DNA of 64,000 bases from Terriglobia bacterium (GCA_965198225.1 CBDAOY010000007.1:1013545-1077544); one strand, 5' to 3'; shown: positions 19,124-27,880, counted from the first letter of the stretch. Numbers and translations: made by a program. Notes: a model not told the origin generated them from the sequence alone.

Positions 19124-21577
19124 TCAGCAGCACTCGCCGGGTTCGCAACACTCAACGCTGGACAGCGCCGCGTCAGCATCCTTGGCCATCACCAGGAAAG
19201 ATCCCGCGTAAGGCTCTCGCGACAGTTTCGCAGCGGTATCGGTGCACACCTGGACGGGTTCGTTTCGGGGAAAGAGGTGGCCTTCCTCGTCGACGACCGC
19301 CTTCAGCGGGCCCAGATAGACGGCGCGCTGGCCTTCGAAGTTGCACACTCCGTTCTTCCCGAACTTGAAGCCCTGGATGATCAGCGAGTAGAAACGGTAG
19401 CCTTCGATCTCTTTCCAGAAGGTTTTCTCGACGAGCGACAGGCCGTAGAAACCCACCTGCTCGAGCATGGCGAAGTATTCATCTTCGGTCAGTGCTCCCG
19501 AGACGCACTCTCCCCACAGCCGGGGGTTGGCTTTCATGTGGTGGGGAATCTTCGATTCGGACACCGTGTCGGAGATGATCGCGCGGCCGTGATTCTTCAG
19601 AACCCGCCACATCTGCGAAAGTACGCGGCGTTTATCGGGCGAAAGGTTGATCACGCAGTTGGACGTCACGATATCGGCCTTCTGATCCTCCAGCGGAAGC
19701 TGTTCGAGGTATCCGCGCCGGAATTCGACGACGTCGTACCCGAGGGATTCGGCGACGATGCCCCGATTCCGTTCGGCCCGCTCGATCATTTCCGTCGTCA
19801 TGTCGATGCCGATCACACGACCGCTGGACCCGACGCGCTGTGCCGCGATAAAGCAGTCGATACCGCCTCCCGAACCGAGATCGACGTATGTTTCGCCCGG
19901 CTTGATGTCGGCGAACCGAATCGGGCTGCCGCAGCCGTAGGACACCTCGACGACTTCCTTCGGCAGTGCCCGAAGCTCGGCGGGGTCGTAGGCGGTCGGA
20001 CAGCACAGCGCTTCCTGAGGCTCGACGGCCGCCTGGGCGTAGAACTGGCGGACTTTCTCACGCGATCGTTCCAAGTCGACGGAGAGGACGCACGTGGAAC
20101 GGGATGTGGCGATCTCGAACCCCTCCGCTTCAATGGTTTCCATCTCAGAAAGCGATTCACCCATCGCGGCCACGACGGTCGGGGAATCGTATCCGGATGG
20201 GCCCTCATGGCTCTTGTTCTCAGAGGCGATCTGCTCGATCGCTCGGAGCAGCAGCCATTCGTGAACCTTCGAAAACGGGTCTTTTCCAAGGACGGTGCCG
20301 GAGTAGAAGAATGAATGTTCGACGTCACCGCCGCCGCACACGTAGCGCAGGTAGCATTCCTGACAGTCTTCTTTCGCGATGACGCTGGCTCGGCGCAGCG
20401 CGCGCGCGCGCGCGGATGTTTTCCAGATTTCCGCCAGCGGCTGTTCCTCGACGTTGCCCATAAGCAGTTCGGGGACACCGGCCAGCGCCGCGGAAGGATA
20501 GACGGTGCCGTCCGCGTAGACGCAGCAGCTGCTCGTGGCCGCGACCGACAGGTCCATCTTGACCCCGCGTCGGCCCTGAGCCCTTTCCCGGGCGACCTCG
20601 TAGTTGTCGAGCTCGATTCCCTTCGAAGATGCGTTTTCCAGGTATCGTTCCAGCATCTCGATGATGTCGGCGGTGAACGGACTCTGCATCTGGTCGTCTT
20701 CCAGAGCCCTGCCCTGTTTGTGGTCCCACAGCAGGTGATGACGCCGGACGCCGAGTTTGTCCAGGAACTCCGGGAATCGAGGAAGCGTGTCGAGGTTCGA
20801 GCGAGTCACGACAGTGGACACGGTCGGTTCAAACGCGGCGTCCAGCAGGGCGCCGATGCCTTCGACGGTTCGCTCGAACCCGGATCCGCGGATCGCGTGG
20901 TGGGTCTCGCGGTCGGGTCCGTCGATGCTGACCTGTAGGGCCACGTTGCCGTTCGCGGCGGCTTTGAGATTGGCCAGGGTATCGCCCCGGAAGAACATGG
21001 CGTTGGTCAGGATGACGAGTTCGCTGTCGGTGCAGATGGCCCGAACGATGTCGATCAGGTCGCGCCGTAAGAACGGCTCTCCACCGGTGATGTAAAATTG
21101 CCGAACACCCATCTGTTTCGCGTCGTCGACGATCTTCAGCCATCGATCAGTTGGAAGTCCCTCGATCCCTTTCGGGGAAGAATCCACGAGGCAGTGGGCG
21201 CAAGTCAGGTTGCAGCGGTTCGTCAGGTGCAGCCACATCTCTTGCGGCTCGTGGCGCTCGATCAACGCCCCGCGACCCGGATAGGTCGGGTGCTGGAACG
21301 GCTCGCTTCTCAGGAAGTCGGTCCGCAGTGCATGGTTGAGCAGCGTGCTGACGTCGAGCCAGGCTTCGGCCCAGTCCTTGCCCGCGTGGGACCGGTAGCG
21401 GCCCACAAGGTCCGAGACCCTCCGCTGTCCGTCGATCCAGCCGAGTATTTCGACGCCCGCTCGGTTCGTCACGATCCAGTTTGGCGCCTCGGGGTCGAAC
21501 ATCAGTCCGAATTCTCCGATCAGCCGCTCTTCGTAACGTGGGGGCGCGTGAAGTACCTGTTCAGGCAAGATAGTCAT
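19124..21577 (-). CDS. Fusion of PqqD-like domain, radical SAM, degenerate SPASM and ArsM-type SAM methyltransferase
   Basis: CNLTCAHC, TGGEPFL, SIDG; CQECYLRYVCGGGD; LCCP, SYGCGSP, DLGSGGG, GIDMT, SNCVINL, WGECVSGA; C-terminal CCEPGECC. Confidence 0.9.
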   Translation of the reverse strand: MTILPEQVLHAPPRYEERLIGEFGLMFDPEAPNWIVTNRAGVEILGWIDGQRRVSDLVGRYRSHAGKDWAEAWLDVSTLLNHALRTDFLRSEPFQHPTYPGRGALIERHEPQEMWLHLTNRCNLTCAHCLVDSSPKGIEGLPTDRWLKIVDDAKQMGVRQFYITGGEPFLRRDLIDIVRAICTDSELVILTNAMFFRGDTLANLKAAANGNVALQVSIDGPDRETHHAIRGSGFERTVEGIGALLDAAFEPTVSTVVTRSNLDTLPRFPEFLDKLGVRRHHLLWDHKQGRALEDDQMQSPFTADIIEMLERYLENASSKGIELDNYEVARERAQGRRGVKMDLSVAATSSCCVYADGTVYPSAALAGVPELLMGNVEEQPLAEIWKTSARARALRRASVIAKEDCQECYLRYVCGGGDVEHSFFYSGTVLGKDPFSKVHEWLLLRAIEQIASENKSHEGPSGYDSPTVVAAMGESLSEMETIEAEGFEIATSRSTCVLSVDLERSREKVRQFYAQAAVEPQEALCCPTAYDPAELRALPKEVVEVSYGCGSPIRFADIKPGETYVDLGSGGGIDCFIAAQRVGSSGRVIGIDMTTEMIERAERNRGIVAESLGYDVVEFRRGYLEQLPLEDQKADIVTSNCVINLSPDKRRVLSQMWRVLKNHGRAIISDTVSESKIPHHMKANPRLWGECVSGALTEDEYFAMLEQVGFYGLSLVEKTFWKEIEGYRFYSLIIQGFKFGKNGVCNFEGQRAVYLGPLKAVVDEEGHLFPRNEPVQVCTDTAAKLSREPYAGSFLVMAKDADAALSSVECCEPGECC

Positions 21578-21756
21578 GGGGTGTCTCCTGATTCAATGCG
21601 AAGGGCAAGTTCTCCGAACGAATCATTTGATCGACTTTTCTTCAGCCGATATTGTAAGCGAAGTCACCGAGATGGGAAGGGTAGCGTGGATGTCAAAGAC
21701 GAGAGAGGTGAGGGGCGCCGGCAGACGATGACGCGACCTGCCGGCGTCTGCGCCTT

Positions 21757-22415
21757 ATCCCGGGCGTCGACGCATCTCTTCCCGGGTGATGAATCCATCA
21801 TCGTCCGCGTCGAGGCGGTCGAAGGCCTCAGTCGGTCGGGTCCACTCGTCACGAGAAACCTTGCCGTCGCCGTCTTCATCCATCTGGAGCATCGCGGCTC
21901 CCCGGCCACGTCCGCCTCTGCCCGGGCGGGAGTTCTGCATCTCTTCGAGAGTGATGAAGCCGTCGCCATCGGCGTCCATGGTCTCGAACATCTGCGCGGG
22001 ACCCGGAAACTCCTGCTGCGACACGCGTCCATCGCCATCGCTGTCGAGCCCCTGGAAACGGGCTTGAGGGTCTGCGCCTCTTCCGCCTCTATCCCGGGCG
22101 TCGCCATCTCTTCCCGAATCCATCATCGTCCGCGTCGAGGCGGTCGAAGGCCTCAGTCGGTCGGGTCCACTCGTCACGAGAAACCTTGCCGTCGCCGTCT
22201 TCATCCATCTGGAGCATCGCGGCTCCCCGGCCACGTCCGCCTCTGCCCGGGCGGGAGTTCTGCATCTCTTCGAGAGTGATGAAGCCGTCGCCATCGGCGT
22301 CCATGGTCTCGAACATCTGCGCGGGACCCGGAAACTCCTGCTGCGACACGCGTCCATCGCCATCGCTGTCGAGCCCCTGGAAACGGGCTTGAGGGTCTGC
22401 GCCTCTTCCGCCTCT
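21757..22415. repeat. Tandem duplication of the EF-hand-coding 3' end of the selenoprotein gene
   Basis: 21757-22090 (334 bp, intact) and 22091-22415 (325 bp, with 7-nt and 2-nt deletions). Confidence 0.9.
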
Positions 22416-23246
22416 GCCGCGGCCGCCCCCGAATTGCCGCTGGATTTCGTCACGAGCGAGGAGACCATCATCGTTTCGATCGAGCCGGTCGAACGTCTCG
22501 CCGTCGCCCGTCCACTCTTCCCGTGAGATTGTACCGTCCTCGTTCGTGTCCATGACGCCCATACCGCCCGCAGTCCCGGGCCTCTGCCCCGGCCGAGGGC
22601 GCATACCACGCATGCCGCGGCCGCGACGCTGTCCCTGTTCCTGTCCGTAGGCGGTGATCTCCCCTCTGAGAGCGACCTCGAGCGCTGCCCTGGCTTCGGG
22701 GACATCGAACCCGGCCGGCCCGGGGCGTCCCTTGAAGGCGATGGTGCCGTCGGAGCCCACGACATAGATCCGGTCGGGAAACGCGGCGTACGCATTCGCC
22801 GTCCGGTCGTCGATCTTGTCCAGAATGGTCGGCATCGAGATGTCCAAGGCGGTCGTACAGATGTTGGCTGCTTCCTGGCGCTGCTCGTCGGTTTTGGCTT
22901 GTTCGATCAGGATGCCGTCGATAACATTCGCCGCTCCGAGGTTGCCGTCGGTGGGATGCGCTTCTCGAATGTAGACGAAGAAGAAATTGGCGCGGTCCTT
23001 GTAAGCCTGGTACCAGTTTTCGATGTCCACGACATCGCGGCGGAACGGGCCTCAGGTATAGCTGGCGAAGATCAGCGCGGTCGGTCTGCCCGTCATCTCA
23101 GAAAGCGTAATCTTTTGCTTTCCGTCTTTTGTACTGAGCGTGAAATCAGGCGCCGTATCTCCAGGCGTGGGGCCGCCGCCTCGCCGCTGGGCCGTGGCAG
23201 GGCTCACCAGGACGAGGACCAATAACGCAGACGCGAATGTTCTCAT
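22089..23246 (-). CDS. Iodothyronine deiodinase-like selenoprotein with signal peptide and EF-hand tail (Sec at codon 65)
   Basis: RBS GGAGGAG and ATG at 23246; ORFs 23052-23288 and 22089-23030 are in one frame joined by TGA, giving FASYT-U-GPF; then YIREAHPTDG, YAAFPDRIYV, KGRPGP; DxDxDG EF-hands. Confidence 0.88.
23021..23037 (-). promoter_or_regulatory. Candidate bacterial SECIS element
   Basis: CGAUGUC-GUG-GACAUCG hairpin; apical loop starts with GU, 21 nt downstream of the UGA at 23052-23054. Confidence 0.75.
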
Positions 23247-23345
23247 GGGTTTACTCCTCCGTCGACTATAGACAGGGCGGAGCGGCACGGGTTTAAGAGC
23301 GTTTTCAAATCGAATGAGGACCGCGTCCAGCGGTACGAGCTAGCT

Positions 23346-23516
23346 TCAGCCCCCTCCGCCAAGGAGGAAGCCTCCTGCGGCGCCGCGCGCTGTTCCCGAC
23401 GCCAGGTCTCCCAGGAGCAGACCGCCTATTGCGCCGACAACGGCAAACACCGCGATCGTGCCCATCTTGGCTGCTGCGGACTTCTTAGCGCAGCTTTGTT
23501 CTTCGTTCTCTGTCAC
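23346..23516 (-). CDS. Small (56 aa) Gly-rich membrane peptide
   Basis: GTG start with GAGG upstream; MTENEEQSCAKKSAAAKMGTIAVFAVVGAIGGLLLGDLASGTARGAAGGFLLGGGG; below the ORF-track cut-off. Confidence 0.45.
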   Translation of the reverse strand: MTENEEQSCAKKSAAAKMGTIAVFAVVGAIGGLLLGDLASGTARGAAGGFLLGGGG

Positions 23517-23652
23517 GAAAGAGCCTCAGTTTCCCCGTTCAGTCGATGATACCGGTGTTGTAACGGGATTTCTTCAAAAAAGCCGGGGTCTGCCGGGGCG
23601 TCGCCCGGATGCGGTAACATTAGGCTGACTTGAGTGTGATGGAGGCAGGTTC

Positions 23653-23931
23653 ATGAAAGCAATATGGCAGGGCGCGGTCTTGGCCGAAAGCGAAGATACC
23701 ATCGTCGTGGAAGGGAACCACTACTTCCCACCGGAGTCGACCGACACCTCCCACTTTCGGCAGAGCCGGACCCACACGGTCTGCCCGTGGAAAGGACAGG
23801 CCAGCTACTACGACATCGTCGTCGACGGCGACACCAATAAGGACGCCGCCTGGTTCTACCCCGAGACGAAGGAAGCCGCCGACCAGATTCGCGGTTATGT
23901 CGCGTTCTGGCACGGAGTCGAAATCACCTAA
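23653..23931 (+). CDS. DUF427 (NTP_transf_9) protein
   Basis: VEGNHYFPP, TVCPWKGQASYY, AAWFYP, GYVAFW; RBS GGAGG. Confidence 0.92.
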   Translation: MKAIWQGAVLAESEDTIVVEGNHYFPPESTDTSHFRQSRTHTVCPWKGQASYYDIVVDGDTNKDAAWFYPETKEAADQIRGYVAFWHGVEIT

Positions 23932-24021
23932 AACGGGGGCAGAGCCCCCATTTCCCTCTTTCGTTCTCAACTTATTTCTGTTTTGGGCAGCGTCCGACGA
24001 CGCTTCAAAACGATCTTGAGC

Positions 24022-24055
24022 TTGACAGAAAGCCACCCTATGTAGAAATCTACAT
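24022..24055 (+). promoter_or_regulatory. TTGACA box and palindromic PadR-type operator
   Basis: TTGACA at 24022; ATGTAGA-AA-TCTACAT at 24040-24055, 3 nt before the padR-family ATG. Confidence 0.65.
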
Positions 24056-24058
24056 TCG

Positions 24059-24364
24059 ATGCCTCGAAACTACATGACATATCCGTCCGGTCTGGTCCTG
24101 CAGGCAATCGCTTCGGGGCATCGGTATGGTTTCGATGTGATGGATGTGACGGGATTGCCGAGTGGTACGGTTTACCCGGCACTTCGGAAGCTGGAACGAG
24201 AGGGCTATGTCCGTTCCAGGTGGGAAGGCGAAGATGTGGCCCGCCAGGCAGGGCGTCCACCGCGGCGTTACTACGAGGTTAGCGGCCCTGGCTCGGCGGC
24301 CTTGACCCAGCTGCTGAAACGGTTTCCAGGACTGGCCCGGGCCCTTGCCGCGGAGGTCTTGTGA
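24059..24364 (+). CDS. PadR-family transcriptional regulator
   Basis: YGFDV, GTVYPALRKLE, GRPPRRYYEV. Confidence 0.92.
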   Translation: MPRNYMTYPSGLVLQAIASGHRYGFDVMDVTGLPSGTVYPALRKLEREGYVRSRWEGEDVARQAGRPPRRYYEVSGPGSAALTQLLKRFPGLARALAAEVL

Positions 24365-24975
24365 GGTGGGCAGGCGGCGAGCGGTCTCTCCGCGTCTGCC
24401 TGTTGTGGATTCGCGCTCTGTCGTTCCTCGTCCCGCCCCCGGGCCGGGACGAATGGATGCGGGAGTGGCGTGGCGAGCTTCTGCATCACTGGAGTGAGTT
24501 CGAGACAGGAGTTCAAAAGTCCCGTGCTGCAAGATTCGATTTGTTCCTACATTCGATGGGCGCCTTGCCTGATGCACTGTGTCTGCTGCGTCAGGAGTGG
24601 AGACTGGACATGCTGATGCAGGATCTGACCTATGCGGTACGGACGCTCGGCGCTCGACCGGGCTTCACCTTCGTAGTGATTTTCATTCTGGCGCTGGGTA
24701 TCGGGGCCAACACCGTCGTGTTCAGCGTCGTCGATGCCGTCCTGTTTCGACCCCTACCGTTTCCCGAGCCGGAGAGGCTGGTTGCGATCTGGGACGAAAA
24801 CACCCAAAAGTCGATGCTTCGTCAGGGTCCGGCGCCCGGCAATCTGCTGGACTGGCGTGACCAGTCACGGGTGTTCGATGGTATCGGAGCCTGGTACGCG
24901 GGCGAGCCCAGGACTGTGCGCGACGAGTCCAGTGCGGAGAAAGTGTCCGCCACTATAGGATTTTATTATGTCTAA
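24361..24975 (+). pseudogene. ADOP/MacB-like ABC permease truncated by element insertion
   Basis: QDLTYAVRTL..RPGFT, LALGIGANTVVFSVVDAVLFRPLPFPEPERLV; ends after about 200 aa at an abrupt switch to AT-rich sequence near 24952. Confidence 0.85.
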
Positions 24976-25073
24976 TAATATCCATAAGTCTTATTTATAT
25001 CAACAGTATATCGTCCTAGACAATCCAGCGCCGTCTGGTATAATCCAAGCCTGTTGGGGGATATATTGGGGGA
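24946..25073. other. Putative attL of the integrative element
   Basis: TCCGCCA (like a tRNA 3' end) at the junction, an AT-rich tract, and TTGGGGGA direct repeats at 25054 and 25066 upstream of the integrase. Confidence 0.55.
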
Positions 25074-25113
25074 GTGCTGGAGTGCCTCTGCCCCATCGGT
25101 CGAGGGCTCTGCA

Positions 25114-26292
25114 ATGGCCATTCACAAACTCTCCCAACGCAAGGTAGACACCGCCGGTCCCGGCAAATACGAAGACGGCGGCGGGCTCCGCTTGGTGGTG
25201 TCCAATTCAGGCGCCAGGAGATGGGTCCTGCGTTACACCGTCCACGGCAAACGCCGGGAAATGGGTCTGGGCCGTTATCCCGATGTCGGGTTGGCCGATG
25301 CCCGCACGCAAGCGCTACGGCACCGGAGGCAGTTGGCGACGGGCGTAGATCCCATCGCAGCCCGCCGGGCGGCCCCGGAGACGCTACCCACCTTCACCAT
25401 CTGCGCCGCCCGGTATATCCGGGCCCATCGACGGAGTTGGCACAATGCCAAGCACGCGCGGCAATGGGTCCGGAGCCTGAAGACCTATGCCCGGCCCGTC
25501 ATCGGGGCCAAACGGGTCGACGCCATTGAGACTGAAGACATTGTAAAGATACTCTCTTCGATCTGGAACACCAAGACCGAAACGGCCAAGCGCGTGCAGG
25601 GGCGCATCGAAAATGTCCTGGACTTCGCCGCCGCGCACCAATACTGCGGTCCCCTGAACCCGGCCCGCTGGCGGGGCCATCTGGACAAGTTGCTCCCGAA
25701 GCCCTCCCGGGTGAAGCAAGTCACCCACCACCCGGCCATGCCGTATCCCGAGGTGGCGGACTTCCTGCAGGAGCTGTCCGGACACCGGAGTGTATCGGCG
25801 CAGGCGCTGCGGTTTTTGATCCTGACCGCCACGCGCACCAGTGAAGTCTTAGAGGCGCAGTGGCCGGAAATCGATCGGACCGCCGGTATATGGATCCTTC
25901 CCGCCTCCCGGATGAAAGCCCGACGGGAACATCGAGTTCCCTTATCGGATGCGACCCTGGCGGTTCTGGAAGACCTACCCCGCATGGCAGGCCACCCGTA
26001 TGTCTTCGCCGGATCTCGCCACGGACGCCCTCTGTCGAACATGGCCCTACTGAAATTGATGCGAGACATGGGATATTGCGTTGAGGGTTCCCGGGCTCAC
26101 TACGTGCCGCATGGATTTCGCTCCAGTTTTCGGGATTGGTCCGGCGAGGTGTCGAGCTTCCCGCGAGAAGTTGCGGAAATGGCCTTGGCCCACGTGGTGG
26201 AGAACAAGGTGGAAGCGGCCTACCGGCGGGGGGATCTGTTCGCCAAACGGCGCAGCATGATGCAGGCCTGGGCCGACTACCTCAAGAAGTAG
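25114..26292 (+). CDS. P4-type tyrosine integrase with arm-binding domain
   Basis: DGGGLRL, MGLGRYP; catalytic R (TATRTSE), K (MKA), HGFR, LAH, AAYRRGD. Confidence 0.95.
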   Translation: MAIHKLSQRKVDTAGPGKYEDGGGLRLVVSNSGARRWVLRYTVHGKRREMGLGRYPDVGLADARTQALRHRRQLATGVDPIAARRAAPETLPTFTICAARYIRAHRRSWHNAKHARQWVRSLKTYARPVIGAKRVDAIETEDIVKILSSIWNTKTETAKRVQGRIENVLDFAAAHQYCGPLNPARWRGHLDKLLPKPSRVKQVTHHPAMPYPEVADFLQELSGHRSVSAQALRFLILTATRTSEVLEAQWPEIDRTAGIWILPASRMKARREHRVPLSDATLAVLEDLPRMAGHPYVFAGSRHGRPLSNMALLKLMRDMGYCVEGSRAHYVPHGFRSSFRDWSGEVSSFPREVAEMALAHVVENKVEAAYRRGDLFAKRRSMMQAWADYLKK

Positions 26293-26566
26293 AAGGGCGG
26301 GTGCGCAAGGTCGACGGGCGGCCAACAATTCATGCATTCCGATGATTCCTTGAAGGAGCCCACTGCTTCCGAGGTGTGAAAGAATTCAGGCTGGTGCGGA
26401 TTCGACGCGGAAGTGGTCGGCGGAGTGAAAGGAGATGCGACAGAATCTGAGGATCTACGATTCCCGACCGAACCCCAGTGGGGCTAGTGTAGGCCGTCAC
26501 CAAAGGGCACCGCGGACTCGGTCGATGTGACTTTGATCAGGGAAAATCATGGACGGAACGGGTCCC

Positions 26567-27208
26567 TCAATGGATCGTCGGCTTCTCCACGCCGATGGTG
26601 GACAGTGCGTGTTGGCGGGCTCGCGTGCAGGCAACCACAACGGCATGAAGCTCTTTCTCCGCGATCCGTGAGAGTTCCCGCACGTTCTTGAGGCTCCGCG
26701 CCAGATCCATCTCCGAGCGCGACGATGTTCTCTCCAGACACTCCACCATGCTGTGCATCATGGCGTTGATCTCCCCGAGATTGTCCATGGCTTCGTGAGC
26801 CCGTTCGGGGAGATCCAGCACCTCCTCGGCACCGAACAGGCCGTCGATGAAACCTTCCAGCTCTTCCATGCGGGTGCGGCAGAGGCGACTCAGATCATCG
26901 AGCTCCGCCTTGGCGGCCATCGGTGTCAAACGGAACGGCCGGGTTCCCGATTGATGCTTTGCCAATTCGTTCCAGAGGCCCATGAGAGCCTCAAACAGCT
27001 CGTTGGCGGCAGCGACATCGTCAAACTTCGGCAGTTCTCCTCCCCAGAAAGCTGCTACGGTCGGGAGGGGCGACGCATCAAGATTGGGACTGGCGATGTT
27101 GCCGAGGAAGCGTGTGCGCACGACATGGAATGGAGTCGGACAGGCATAACCGTCCAATAGCCCGCGGACTCGTTCGTCGCCCTGATATCTGTGGGAACGT
27201 TTCTTCAT
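26567..27208 (-). CDS. Hypothetical protein
   Basis: 213-aa ORF with protein-like composition (CPTPFHVVRTRFLGNIASP); no family recognised with confidence. Confidence 0.7.
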   Translation of the reverse strand: MKKRSHRYQGDERVRGLLDGYACPTPFHVVRTRFLGNIASPNLDASPLPTVAAFWGGELPKFDDVAAANELFEALMGLWNELAKHQSGTRPFRLTPMAAKAELDDLSRLCRTRMEELEGFIDGLFGAEEVLDLPERAHEAMDNLGEINAMMHSMVECLERTSSRSEMDLARSLKNVRELSRIAEKELHAVVVACTRARQHALSTIGVEKPTIH

Positions 27209-27295
27209 GCCCGATTAACTTCCGGCCGGCGTTGTGCCATTTCACCTTGTCCCTGCGGAAGCAGATTAGTCCGAAGAAGTTCGAGAATTTCCCGT

Positions 27296-27880
27296 TTACG
27301 TCCCACAGTTCTGGTAGTCCGAGGCCATACACGTGCGCGCCCACTCAATGGCGCGGCTGATCTGGGCACGGGTCATTTCACGTTCAAGGTTGCCCCGCGA
27401 CTCCTCGGGCCCAACGCCGGCGACGCTGACCCTCCCATTGGCGCTGGCGATATTGAACCACATGTGCGCGAGCACGTCGTCCTCGATGCCGCCCAAGCCG
27501 TTGTAGTACATCAACCCGAGGTTGAACTGCGCGCTCGCGTGCCCCTGCTCGGCCGCCATGCGGTACCATCGCGCCGCTTCCGCATCGTCTTCGATGACAC
27601 CCTCGCCGTGGGCATACATGGTTCCGAGATTGAATTGCGCACGCGCGTCCCCCTGCTCGGCCGCTATGCGGAACCACCGCATTGCTTCACGGTCATCCTC
27701 CATGGCGGCCTCGTCATCGTCGTAGGTGCTCCCGAGGCTGTCCGGCGTATCCGCGTTCCCCTGCTCGTCTTCGGCCTGAAAGCGTCCTGGTTCGTCCTGC
27801 GCCGGAACACATGCCGCGGCCAGCAGCCAGGAGCCGCAGAGCAGTGTCATCGCGATCCATCGGTTACGGTGTTTCTTCAC
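27296..27880 (-). CDS. Sel1 repeat lipoprotein
   Basis: LAAAC lipobox; AAEQGDARAQFNLGTMY and AAEQGHASAQFNLGLMY; AHMWFNIASANG. Confidence 0.9.
   Translation of the reverse strand: MKKHRNRWIAMTLLCGSWLLAAACVPAQDEPGRFQAEDEQGNADTPDSLGSTYDDDEAAMEDDREAMRWFRIAAEQGDARAQFNLGTMYAHGEGVIEDDAEAARWYRMAAEQGHASAQFNLGLMYYNGLGGIEDDVLAHMWFNIASANGRVSVAGVGPEESRGNLEREMTRAQISRAIEWARTCMASDYQNCGT

Noticed and set aside
21630-21650. ATCGACT-N7-AGCCGAT as an ArsR-type operator upstream of the rSAM-ArsM fusion
   Set aside because: Short and imperfect, and no arsR gene in the window; cannot be supported
24946-24952. tRNA gene at the integrase junction
   Set aside because: Only a 7-nt end-like motif with no cloverleaf; no tRNA or rRNA gene recognised in the window
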